Assembly (NCBI RefSeq): GCF_001194135.2
Contig: NC_068984.1
Span: 97,458,745 to 97,506,174, forward strand
Source: Octopus bimaculoides
Taxonomy: Eukaryota
DNA length: 47,430 bases
Reading direction: 5' to 3'
Position numbers and translations under genes: made by a program. Position 1 is the stretch's first letter. Every line of letters starts with the position of its first letter. The notes below the pieces were generated by a model. That model saw only the letters and a program-made list of their open reading frames with translations. It had not been told where the DNA came from and searched no databases. Shown here piece after piece: positions 1 through 10,949 of this stretch.

Positions 1-243
1 CGGGGCGGGTTCGGAGGGAGAGAGCAGATGCACGGTCCACGGAACGTGCTCTGGCAAGGGCGGTGTGGATAGTGGTGAGGGGATATCCCCGTAGGCTGAA
101 GTGGCGAGCCATGAGTTGAGACTGAGTCTCAAAGTCATTTGTTGTCACTACAGAGCCTGCGTAGACGGAGGAATTGGGAATAGGGGATGGAAAGTTTGGT
201 GTGTTTAGGGTGGGAGGAAGAGAAGTTGAGGTATGAGTGTGAG

Positions 244-416
244 TCTATATATATGTGTATGTGTGTGTGTGTATGTGTGTATGTGCGCGCGCGCGTGTGG
301 GTGTGTGAGCACATGTATGTGTGTATATATATGCATGAGCACATGTATGTGTGTATATATGCATGAGCACATGTATGTGTGTATATATGCATGAGCACAC
401 GCACATGTGTGTATAT
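244..416. repeat. Compound (GT)/(TA) microsatellite with a 28-30 bp minisatellite (gagcacatgtatgtgtgtatatat(at)gcat, ~3.5 copies)
   Basis: Unit starts are visible at 307, 337, 365 and 393. Confidence 0.9.
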
Positions 417-610
417 AAACCTAAGCTGGGTTTTTTTTTTTACATTTATGATATTGTCTGTGGTACACGATCTCTTTCGATCGGCGTTTTTTTCACGATC
501 CCTTTTGATTGGACTTTTATATTTCTCCTTTTTTTCTATTTTCTAAAAGAAAAGCTCTACATTGTATTTTGTCCCCTCTGTGTTCGGCCCTGTGTGGTTA
601 ATAAAGAAAC

Positions 611-611
<1 letters not shown>

Positions 612-667
<56 letters not shown>
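612..667. repeat. (TCTA)n tetranucleotide microsatellite
   Basis: About 14 perfect ATCT units. Confidence 0.95.
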
Positions 668-826
668 CGGATAAATTAAGAAATGGAGTCAAACGCAGGG
701 TGTTGTTCAAATAATTTATAAGTAGGCTGTAATATCCTTGGGACGTGTGTAAATTTTTGCTACCCTGGAATTTATTTGTTTATTTTTTCTTTGTTATTTG
801 TACACATTGAAAAAATATACTTACAC

Positions 827-1572
827 NNNNNNNNNNNNNNNNNNNNNNNNNNNNNNNNNNNNNNNNNNNNNNNNNNNNNNNNNNNNNNNNNNNNNNNNNN
901 NNNNNNNNNNNNNNNNNNNNNNNNNNNNNNNNNNNNNNNNNNNNNNNNNNNNNNNNNNNNNNNNNNNNNNNNNNNNNNNNNNNNNNNNNNNNNNNNNNNN
1001 NNNNNNNNNNNNNNNNNNNNNNNNNNNNNNNNNNNNNNNNNNNNNNNNNNNNNNNNNNNNNNNNNNNNNNNNNNNNNNNNNNNNNNNNNNNNNNNNNNNN
1101 NNNNNNNNNNNNNNNNNNNNNNNNNNNNNNNNNNNNNNNNNNNNNNNNNNNNNNNNNNNNNNNNNNNNNNNNNNNNNNNNNNNNNNNNNNNNNNNNNNNN
1201 NNNNNNNNNNNNNNNNNNNNNNNNNNNNNNNNNNNNNNNNNNNNNNNNNNNNNNNNNNNNNNNNNNNNNNNNNNNNNNNNNNNNNNNNNNNNNNNNNNNN
1301 NNNNNNNNNNNNNNNNNNNNNNNNNNNNNNNNNNNNNNNNNNNNNNNNNNNNNNNNNNNNNNNNNNNNNNNNNNNNNNNNNNNNNNNNNNNNNNNNNNNN
1401 NNNNNNNNNNNNNNNNNNNNNNNNNNNNNNNNNNNNNNNNNNNNNNNNNNNNNNNNNNNNNNNNNNNNNNNNNNNNNNNNNNNNNNNNNNNNNNNNNNNN
1501 NNNNNNNNNNNNNNNNNNNNNNNNNNNNNNNNNNNNNNNNNNNNNNNNNNNNNNNNNNNNNNNNNNNNNNNN
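827..1572. other. Assembly gap; others at 13186-14004, 14915-15507, 19095-19458, 20322-20331, 20567-20576, 29703-29802, 32391-33144, 37282-38160, 43367-43800, 44819-45250
   Basis: Runs of N, most abutting (TA)n/(TG)n/(CA)n arrays or the coding repeat. Confidence 0.99.
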
Positions 1573-1595
1573 ATATATATATATATATATACATA

Positions 1596-2060
1596 CAGGG
1601 TGGCCCAGAAGTCATTGAGGGACTTTAATTTTTAAGAACTCCCTTATTTTTAAAAATAAGTGTATGAAGCTTAATTTAATATAGAAAATATAATGGAGAT
1701 TAATTTGTATTAGTCCTTTTTCTTCATACCTCTGCATTACATATGAAAATGGCATCCCTTTTCAGCTTCAAACTTTATGGGATACAGTTCTCTTTGGTGT
1801 AATGCTCTCGGATTCTCAGAGTCCCAAAACCGGCAATTTTGTCTGTTGATGAACCCGTTGAAAGAGAACTTTTTGCAGCAACGTTTGTAAAATCCCAAGT
1901 TGTCGAGGATTTCAACAACTTTCGACGCTATTACTCCGTGTGGCAGGTAATACACCAACTATTGGCGCTGCCAAGGAATGTTCAGCATCTTTTGATTCAC
2001 AACACAATTCACAATTTTTGTTCTGTTATCAACGTAGCCACCACCTTACCAAACCAAGTT
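1596..2060 (-). mobile_element. Internally deleted Tc1/mariner-family DNA transposon remnant
   Basis: TA followed by a CAGGGTG terminus at 1594-1602. The minus strand encodes NGFINRQNCRFWDSENPRALHQRELYP, resembling the F.LNG.VN.QN.R.W..ENP segment after the second catalytic Asp. This joins directly to EAEKGCHF, resembling the C-terminal G.HFE motif. The 5' boundary is approximate. Confidence 0.65.
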
Positions 2061-2259
2061 TACTTACAATTTCCTAATAGCAAGTTACTTGTTATACTTA
2101 CTGAGGGTTTATTCTTCAGAACTCTTTCAACTGCTACCCCTTAGTCTTATCCATGCCAAATTACTCTTATCGCAAAATATAAACCCCTTTTGAATGCGAC
2201 CACTAGGAATGACATTATTACAAGGGCCTTAGAATAATACCCATGCAAATATTAAAAAC

Positions 2260-2817
2260 GATATATTCAGAACAACCACTACCTATGAATTTATGCAGAA
2301 CAATTCCAATCACTACTATTACAACGACAGCAGGTCACTTTTAGGTCACTTAACCGTTTAAGAGGATTCCACCAAATCCTACTACTGTCATACCACTCAC
2401 GCATCATTCTTCTTCTTCTTCTTCTTCTTCTTCTTCTTCTTCTTCTTCTTCTTCTTCTTCTTCTTCTTCTTCTTCTTCTTCTTCTTCTTCTTCTTCTTCT
2501 TCTTCTTCTTCTTCTTCTTCTTCTTCTTCTTCTTCTTCTTCTTCTGCTGCTGCTTAAACAATCAAAACCAAGAACTTATATCGAATATTCTTTTAGGACT
2601 GCTACTAGCGACTACCTGTTACCAAGCCTTCACAAGAGTAAAAAAGAGAGAGACAGACAGACAGACAGAAAAAAGAAAGATGTCCCTTGTTCATTCAATT
2701 TTTCCACAATTTAATTGTGCTTCATGCTTTACTCCAAGTTGAAGAAGTCGCAAAGACTGAAACCGGTACTAAAATGTTCTGCATGATAAAATTGTTTTAG
2801 CATTTTCTACCTTGTCT
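2260..2817 (-). repeat. Copy 1 of an inverted paralogous segment (partner 15508-16029)
   Basis: The reverse complement aligns collinearly with 15508-16029, from agacaaggtagaaaatgctaaaacaattttatca to gtgattggaattgt...gaatatatc. Identity is roughly 85-90% by eye outside indels. Confidence 0.9.
2407..2544. repeat. (TTC)46 / (GAA)46 perfect trinucleotide microsatellite
   Basis: 138 nt of uninterrupted TTC followed by a short CTG run. Confidence 0.97.
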
Positions 2818-2865
2818 TATTTTCCTTATCCATATCAACTCGTGTGTTTCTTTCCAAACTTCTAC

Positions 2866-2884
2866 ACGCACGCACACGCACACG

Positions 2885-2975
<91 letters not shown>

Positions 2976-3016
2976 GCACGCACACACACATGCACACGCA
3001 CACACACACACACACA
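2866..3016. repeat. (CA)n microsatellite with CACG interruptions
   Basis: Directly visible. Confidence 0.97.
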
Positions 3017-3023
3017 TGTAGGC

Positions 3024-3110
3024 ACAGGCGTGGCTGTGTAGTAAGAAGCTTGTGTTGGTGTTTTACTTCCCTGTAACAAAGTGGTTCGGCAAAAGAAACC
3101 GATAGAATAT
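3024..3110 (+). mobile_element. Deleted copy of the composite tRNA-derived SINE (head fused to part of the second half)
   Basis: ggcgtggctgtgtagtaagaagctt (head) is joined to gtggttcggcaaaagaaaccgatagaata. Both match the full copies at 26898, 33529 and 42961 in opposite orientation. Confidence 0.7.
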
Positions 3111-3176
3111 GTCTAGCGCTAGATACTTTATTACGTCTAAATTTCAGTACCTCCCCGACCTGGCTCCATGTCTTAC

Positions 3177-3258
3177 CAACCTGCTTCCTTTGCAGCCGTT
3201 AGATATGATAGTAATATAATCAGGATATTTCAATCGACTATCGCTGTGTAGAAGTGAC
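3177..3258 (-). CDS. Candidate internal exon of an unidentified minus-strand gene (SLLHSDSRLKYPDYITIISNGCKGSRL)
   Basis: Acceptor ttctttcatctagttgtcAG, donor TTG|GTAAGA, 82 nt open, phase 2 in and phase 0 out. It is phase-compatible with the candidate exon at 4109-4182. No homolog recognised. Confidence 0.25.
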
Positions 3259-4108
3259 CTGACAACTAGATGAAAGAATTAATTTTGTTTCTCTGTCATG
3301 TACAATATATACATAGAAGAGTCACTAATTGCAAAACTTCATTTGTTATGAATCACAAAAGTCAACCAGTCAACTCATTCTGTTCCACTTTCAAACTCAA
3401 AATGAAACTGGAAGTGGTTTAACGTGTTTGGCTTATTAAAAGAAGACAATCAAGAAATTAGCTGAATAATTAGATAGCCAGATAGCACGCGTCTATGAAA
3501 GTGTTTACGAGTTCGGATTATGGATTAAAAACATAGATAAACAATAAAAGTCAACCTTATTTAATATGAATTATCTATAGACCAATCTTTAATGATTCAA
3601 ATATATTTTCACCAAACCTTGTCTTTATCTTAGACGCATATTAATAAAAAAATCTTTTGTCTTGTATATAAATCAAAAAGTATAAACGTTATTTCCTTTC
3701 TTGCGGTTAGGGAGTCACTTAACTAATTAAAACACATATTACTTTTTTCTTCACTTTCAACTAATTGTATTCGACATTATTTTATCTTCTTTTCTTCTCA
3801 AAACGTGTACCAGTAACCAATACGCGGGTTTAAAATTAGTGGGAATCACTATACTTATTTAAATTTTGTGGACACTTAATCATTTTTATTTTATTTTTTT
3901 ATTGAATGCAAGTGGTCTGAAAGAAGGACAGGTTGGTAGCGATGCAGTGAATAGCGCGCAGAAGATGGTTAGGATATTAAAACTCACTTAAAATGTATTG
4001 TTACATAATACTAGCCGATAGTTTTAGCCTAGCCTCAATTCTTCGACAAGACAAAGTATTTTTTCCCCTTTAACTGAGTTTTACCGATTTTGATCTCAGG
4101 AAACTTAC

Positions 4109-4182
4109 CTCACCTCTTCGTCAATAAGTCGATACTTCCAGCAATTGTTTCTTTTAAAGCAGGAACTACATGATGATGCCAT
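4109..4182 (-). CDS. Candidate first coding exon (MASSCSSCFKRNNCWKYRLIDEEV-R)
   Basis: ATG at 4182 and a consensus donor GAG|GTAAGT at 4108, giving 74 nt (phase 2). Unsupported by recognised homology. Confidence 0.25.
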
Positions 4183-5791
4183 TCTGCTTGAATGAATTTG
4201 AATCTAATCTTAAGAATGGTTCTTATAAGGAAACATCAGATGTAAAAGTGTCACCGTCAGCAACTTTGGGACATGCAAAGAGACATAAATATATAAAAAA
4301 AAAAAATAAGTTTCAGACCAAAATGTTGGAATTTAATAAGATTACCCCAAGAACAAAGAAAAATATTGGAGAAATCGGAAAAAAGGTACAATTTTCTGAA
4401 AAAGAGAAGGAAAACCATTGAAAACATTCAGTTTCAAGAACAGAAATATTTTACAATGTTTATGCTTTAAAGACTTCGCCGGAGGAGAAAGGGCAGAACC
4501 CATGGCCTCTTTTAAGGTCTTTGAGAATAGTGGTTAGAAGTGCTAAACTTGTCCTCAGACCAGTGACCAGTTCTGAATGGTTTCCGCTAATGTCACAAAG
4601 GAGTGATGGTATTAAACCTATTTCCAGGATAACTCTACCTCTCGACAACAGAAACAGTGCTGTTGAACGGGTTTCCGCACAATTCTTGTTTAACAAATTT
4701 TACTCATAAGGCTTTGGCCAACCCAAAACTATCGTAGAAAACTGTTGATGATATAAACATTAAGGTAAGTCAACAATACATATTTTGCCTTTTTATTACA
4801 ATGTACTTATATGTTACATATTTAACGCATATCTTCTTCCCCCAAGAATGCTCAAAATTCCTTTATAAAAATTTCTATTAGAGCCTTTAAATGTCCTAAG
4901 GTCCCAGATATTTCAAATATGAGATTTATTAGTTTACTGATACAGAAAACAGAAAAAAACAACAACTTTGCTTTGCCTTTTTGACTTAGTTGGAAGTTAA
5001 ACTAAATTTATTTCATGATTAAATTCTTGTTGGTTTGATTCCTTCCATACATATCAGATTGGCACCCAGATTAAGAGATTAGGATGGATATGTTTTGTAT
5101 AAGTAATATTGTAGCATAGGGTTACACACTTGATGGGATGGTGTATATTCAGTCATGTCGATGAGTACTATTTTATTAACATTAACGGGATGAAAAGCCT
5201 TGTCGATTTTGTGAGATTTGAATGCAAAACTGAATACATTTCTAACATGGCATTCTGCCACGTTTGTTACCCTGCTGTCTTGTTCTGTAATATTACAAAT
5301 TGCAAAATAGGTTCGTAAAGAGTAGTCTTACTGTTGGAATCAATATAGTTGACTCTACAACACTGGCAAATATTGTTTCACAATGTCATTTTTTAACGAT
5401 AGCCTCAGATTGACGTAGGCTGTGTGTATGAAACTGTGTGGACGAAGACTATGTGAAAGCTTGTTGGATGGGTTGTATTGGTAATTCAAGAGTCCAGTCT
5501 TATTTCGAGCTGCATCATGCTAATTTGGTCTCAAAATTACGTGAAGGGTACATGTTAATTTTAACGATTAGGTAGTTGTTTAGATGATTGATTGAATGCT
5601 CATCGTTGAAATTGACAGAGAAGCCATGATCATCACCTGAAAATAAAGTCAGTAATATCTAAATTCTATCTCCATAGCGATAAATTCTAATTAATCGAGG
5701 ACAACACTATAATTAACATAGAAAGACAAAGTGACAAAACATTTCAATTCAAATTTCCTATTTCTTCTCACTTTATTCCGCCTTTCTCTAT

Positions 5792-5881
5792 TTTCATTCA
5801 TTCATTCATTCATTCATTCATTCGTCCGTTCATTCATTCATTCATTCGTCCGTTCATTCATTCATTCATTCATTCATTCAG

Positions 5882-5920
<39 letters not shown>
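5792..5920. repeat. Compound (TTCA)n + (TTTC)n microsatellite
   Basis: Directly visible. Confidence 0.95.
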
Positions 5921-6074
5921 TGAAGATTGTCAAAACAGCGAATATTACATTCTTTCACTCCTCACCACAAATCGGTTTACTGAAGTTTGCCATAGTAAGC
6001 AACTACTTAGTGAAATTTTTATTGATTTCGATGAAGTATTGATTCCTAATATCAATATGTGGCAACAATTTTAT

Positions 6075-6500
6075 AGTCAATCAGTCAGTCCATCTCGCTT
6101 ATTTTTGTGCATGCTCCTGTGTTCTCGGCTGGTTGTGTGTTCTATATTTTCCCAACATCTGTTGACAACATTCAGATCTTGGAAAGTTCAACATCATGTG
6201 ACCGTGGTTTTCCTCATATTGTCCTTCCTTCATTTGATGTCAATCTTGGTGCTGCTATTGCACACCGAGGAACTGGCTGACACACTGGAGTCTTCGCGAT
6301 GATGCCTTTCTTAAGATTTCTTCGTTTCTGATATGACCTTTATTTCGAAATTCTTCGAATTTTCCTTAGACGACTTTGGTGAAAGCCATCTTATGTTTTG
6401 GTGATTTTCGCAGATTTCTTCTACAGTGTAAACACCAATGTTACTAGAACGATTTTGTACAGGTGGGTCCTGATGTTAATGTCCAGTGTCCTCATTGAGT
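6075..6500 (-). mobile_element. Degraded 3' fragment of an RTE-type LINE
   Basis: Frameshifted minus-strand pieces IRTHLYKIVL...GFHQSRLRKI, HIRNEEILRKASSRRLQ and TFQDLNVVNRCWENIEHT resemble the RTE RT thumb and C-terminus. Confidence 0.6.
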
Positions 6501-6774
6501 AATTTTATAGACGACAATCATATTTGATCAAACCAATTTCTAATATATTATTTGTACCTTTTATTTTAATAACTCTAAAAAGTTGTAAGGTAATGCCGGC
6601 CCCAATGAGATTTAAGCTTAGAAGATATTAGTTACATACATGTAACATTAGCATTTAAAAGATACTAATCTGATTTACAAGCTGAACGTTTTCATTGTTT
6701 TCTATTTCTTCATGGATCTGAAGTTAGTGTTAGTGAAAGTATTTCAGTTTGTTAATTTTCATTGGGGGACAATA

Positions 6775-7176
6775 TTTATTCTTTTCTGCTCTAGGCACAA
6801 GGCCCGAAGGTTTTTGGGAGGGTGCAAGTCGATTAGATCGACCCAGTACGCAACTGGTACTTAATTTATCGACTCCGAAAGGATAAAAGGCATAGTCAAC
6901 CTCGGCGGAATTTGACCTCAGGTCGTAAAGACAGACGAAATACCTATTTCTTTACTGCCCACAAGGGGCTACACACAGAGGGGACAAACAAGGACAGACA
7001 AACGGATTAAGTCGATTATATCGACCCCAGTGCGTAACTGGTACTTAATTTATCGACCCCGAAAGGATGAAAGGCAAAGTCGACCTCGGCGGAATTTGAA
7101 CTCAGAACGCAGTGGCAGACGAAATACCGCTAAGCATTTCGTCTGGCGTGTTAACGTCTCTACCAGCTTGCTGCTT
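6775..7176 (-). mobile_element. Dimeric tRNA-derived SINE with a conserved central core (Meta/MESC-like; family name tentative)
   Basis: Minus strand: A-box-like gctggtagagacgttaac and B-box-like gagttcaaattcc, then core gtcgactttgcctttcatcctttcggggtcgataaattaagtaccag. The core occurs twice (6855-6920 and 7040-7110). Confidence 0.85.
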
Positions 7177-8059
7177 TCATTGGGGTACAATATTGATACA
7201 TGGAATATTTCTACTTGCACTATTGCTTAACTAAATAAACCCCGCCACGTTAAAATATTTACGTCTTACGATTTAAGCTGGGAATATAATTGTTACTAAT
7301 GATTTAATTTTCTCTCCACCCAAGCTTTTTGATTGGGAGTCTCAAACATTCTGAAAATGCAGTTTGTTTTTACAGTAGAAAATAACAGGAAAAGAATTGC
7401 ATAATGTGCTATCTACACTAATTAAGACCTATTGTACGATTATATAAAAATGTGTTAATCCTAGCAATAGTAATTCAAATTTACAATGGGTAAAGCCATC
7501 TCACAACAAATGCTACACTATACCCATACTATACACGCTACGGAGAATAGTATAAATAAACTGGAAGGGACTGAACGAATCCATAAACCTGTTCTTTAAT
7601 TTAAATTTAAATTTAACTGCCTTTTGTATAACTAACAAGCTGTGAACTAAGATGAACTTCCTTCGGTAAAGTATTTCCACCAAACATTTTCTATACACAT
7701 ATTCTAATTTTCTCTATCTCAAAATGTAATGAATAGACCCTCAACCAGCTTGTACTGAAGAGATTCAACCAAAGATCGAAATAGCAACTTTTAAGTATGA
7801 AGATTAAAGTTCTAAAAGCAGAAACGAGAAAAAAATTTAATGTAAGTTCCTTTAAACCACTCAAAGCAAAATGGAATAAATGTCCAAGCAATACTTCTCT
7901 AACTTGTAAAGAAAAAGAAAAAGAAAAAGTACATACACACACATACACATAAGAAGAAAAAGAAGGAAGAGAAGAAGAAGATGAAAAAGAAGGAAAAGAA
8001 GAATTATTATTATCATCACCATTCTTCTTGAAGAAAAAGAAAGAAGAATGATGATAATA

Positions 8060-8263
8060 ATAATTCTTTCTATTACAGGCACAAGGCCTGAAATTTTATA
8101 AGAAGGAGGCTAGTTGATAACATCAATACTAGTACTCAACTGGTATTTATTTGATTGACCTCGAAATGATGACAAGCAAAGTCGACCTCTGCGGAATTTG
8201 AACGTTGACGAAATGCCGCTAAGCATTTTGTCTGATGTGCTAATGATTTTGCCAGCTCACCGC
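8060..8263 (-). mobile_element. Monomeric tRNA-derived SINE, same family as 6775-7176
   Basis: Contains gcaaagtcgacctctgcggaatttgaac and gccgctaagcattt, with the tail aggcacaaggcctgaaatt. Confidence 0.8.
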
Positions 8264-8760
8264 AGTAGTATGGCTGCATCAGTGATCTCATGTGATAGTA
8301 TTTGCCTTTCTTGTTCGATACTACCATGTCTTGTCTCGGGAAGCTCTATTACTCTATTAGCTAGAAATTCATAATCCCAGAATATCATTGCATTCCCACC
8401 CTCCTGCATTATTTTACTAGGTACATGCTCATACCAATTCTGTGTTACTTCGTATAGATATTTATGACATAAAAGCCAATGAAGGTACAAGCAGGCTTTA
8501 TCATGGTGGTGCTTGTATTCTTTTGTGCGCAAGGCTTACACATCCACTTACCATGTGGATCACACTTTCCACACCCTTTTCACAGTCTGCATTTTTGGCT
8601 GTGAGAAGTTTTGTAGATGTCATACTTCAACGAATTGGTAGCAGGAGCTTGGTCTTGTGCTGCAATCATAAAGCTTTCAGTAGTACGCTTCAAATCGCCT
8701 TGCATAAGCCACGTCCATTATGTTTTATTCTTGGTATCCTGAATTTCACGTTCTTAACTG
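8264..8760 (-). mobile_element. Fragment of a restriction-like-endonuclease (RLE) non-LTR retrotransposon, R4/Dong-like
   Basis: Minus strand: WLMQGDLKRTTESFMIAAQDQA, a zinc knuckle CRL...ESVIHMVSGC, then HHDKACLYLHWLLC...NWYEHVP...IFWDY. Confidence 0.8.
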
Positions 8761-8850
8761 TATTATAGAGTTCCTCTTCGAACGTGGTTAGGTGCTTGTT
8801 GGTTAGTGGGTTTTATCCTTGATTTGAATACTTTTCTGAGTATATATATA

Positions 8851-9210
8851 CAGGGTGTTCGGGTAAATTTGGCGATATTTTATGTCTCCTTTTTCAGGAA
8901 CAGCTTGATGCTTTGGTGAACTGTCAACGGATTTGGAGAGCATGAAGATTAAAGTTGTAGTTGAGAAAAAGTTAACTGACTTTGACTGATGATGACATGG
9001 AGGACTGGACTAGAGTTACCAGTATCAAGATTATTCACGCTGGGTATAAAAATGCCGATATCACGACTGCTGCTTAGTGCTCTGTGAATACTGTAAAGGC
9101 TGTAAGACGTGATATGGAAAGCTGCAACGGAGACTACGAAACCATGGCCAGCTGGAAGGGACAGAGTAGGCATTCTGACTGCGTCAGCATGCCGGAGTTG
9201 ATCTAACGAC
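8851..9210 (+). mobile_element. 5' end of a Tc1/mariner-family transposon (TIR plus N-terminal HTH remnant)
   Basis: (TA)n-CAGGGTG terminus. From 8997: MEDWTRVTSIKIIHAGYKNADITTAA*CSVNTVKAVRR...RHSDCV, resembling a Tc1-type paired HTH. Confidence 0.55.
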
Positions 9211-9249
9211 TGAGGAACAAGGTCTTAGGTTCAATTCAGAGGCGCTTCA

Positions 9250-9740
9250 TTAGTGGTGGGATTTGTTCTCTTAGTCTGTTGGTTGTTACATTTATTGTTC
9301 CTAATTTTCCTAGCTTCATAGAATGTGTCTAGTTTTTTTATTATTAATCGAGGCTATGATGGTAGCTAAGTTACTAGTCAGGCTGTGGCCTACTCTAATT
9401 TTATTCCTAAATATTGCTGCATATTTATTATTTACGTTTAAATGTTTATCTATTAGTTTCATTAATGAGCGAACTATGTTGAATTTGTGGTGCATGGCGA
9501 AAGGGATTACGAGCCAGATCTTATTACTATTACGTTTATTGTTAGTATTGCTATATCTGGCATAGACACTACTGTCATTGTAAGGCGTGTGAAATTATAG
9601 TTATGGCGATCGAGTTTATTTCTATAGTTGGTTTATCATTACTATTGCTCATGTCTATTTTATTGGGGTTATTTCTGTATGGTTTGGACTCAATGACCTG
9701 GTATTATGGTTTTTAACAAGAACGCCTTTAGATTTAACCA
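9250..9740 (-). mobile_element. Penelope-like element fragment (post-RT region)
   Basis: Minus strand: IWLVIPFAMHHKFNIVRSLMKLIDKHLNVNNKYAAIFRNKIRVGHSLTSNLATIIASINNKK. This matches the PLE pattern IW..P......N....F..LIDKHF......IFN...K.SYS...N...II..HN. Confidence 0.6.
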
Positions 9741-9789
9741 TCCCTTAGAGGTTTTAAACACTTAATCAGAAAATAAGTCAACACCTTAC

Positions 9790-10570
9790 TCAACATCCGC
9801 TGAGAATGAGTGATAAGTTCTCACAATATCTTTGCACTCACGCTCGAGATAAACTGTCTTCTTCCCTCTTTTTCATTTATTCTTTTTTCTCAGAGTTCAG
9901 TCCTTGTTACTAGGATTCAGTCTCTTCTCTGTGAAACTCTTTCAGGTCATCGATGCTTCTCAACTAAACGATTGCCAAAACTTACAACTTCCTCAACCCC
10001 AGTCTCTTGAACATTCAAGACTCTTAAAGCAACAAATGCGTCAGGCCTCAATGCTGTCCAAGAAAAGTTCAAGCACTTGAAAGAAAGCCATCTCCAGGAC
10101 TTCACAACATCTGCAGTATTGAAGGGAATTTTCCAAAACTCGTTTATCCCGAACAGATGATTCGTATTTAATTTTTTTATAGCATGCAATCATTCGGTGA
10201 CCCATGAGCTCTAGCAGTGGAATAGTATGAAGAGGTAGGAAATGGGATTTGATAAAGTTAAATTCCTGTAAAAAATGGTCTGTGAGTTTGGAAGAACATG
10301 CTAGAAAATTGTCTATAGCAAAAAGAGCCTTCATTGAAAGACCTGTTCGAAAAGTGGGAGCAAATACTTCAGTGAGCCTCACAGCAACTTCGAAAGCCTG
10401 TCATCAGGCCTTCAAGTTGGAAGCCTAATGAACACCAAACCTGCTTTCGTTAATGTACTTGAATGATACACTATAAGTGGCTTCACTTTCCAATCTCTTG
10501 AAGCATTATTGCAGAAAAGTAATGTCAGCCTACATTTCATCTGCTTATCTACAGACAGTCTTCACCTGAG
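9790..10570 (-). mobile_element. Tigger/pogo (TIGD1-like) transposase pseudogene fragment
   Basis: Frameshifted minus-strand pieces RLTLLFCNNASRDWKVKPLIVYHS, EVFAP...MKALFAIDN...EFNFIKSHFLPLHTIPLLELM and EFWK.PFN...VEEVVSFG. Confidence 0.8.
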
Positions 10571-10949
10571 TAAGTCCCTCCTGAGTATATATATATTTAA
10601 AAAAAAAAAACGGCTAATCTCATCACGATTAAAAATCTGATGAAAATAGAAATTATGTTCACAAGTTTACAAAATTCAGCACATTTATGTTTCTGCAGTG
10701 ATTGAGTCCCAGCAACTTTACCTGGTTTTGCAATATCAGAATGTTTTTTGAATGATTCAAATCAAACTTTGCTTTGCTTGTTTGAATATCAGAATGTTTT
10801 TTGAATAATTCAAATCAACCTTTGCTTGCTTAAGACTCCACTGGTTCTCCATCACTGGTAATGGGTGAATTTCTCTCGTGATGTTTCTAAAGGGAATTCA
10901 CTCACTGAACCACAAGCTAACTGTTTTTTTTAAAAAAACCATATTAATA

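Noticed and set aside
2185-2400. Hydrophobic or Cys-rich minus-strand frames in the inverted paralog (PAVVVIVVIGIVL..., TCCRCNSSDWNC)
   Set aside because: The frames are closed upstream without a good acceptor, and the paralog has a frameshift and many non-synonymous changes.
135-3079. HTHT/CVCV/YIYI ORFs here and throughout, and ORFs spanning N runs
   Set aside because: These are translations of microsatellites or gaps.
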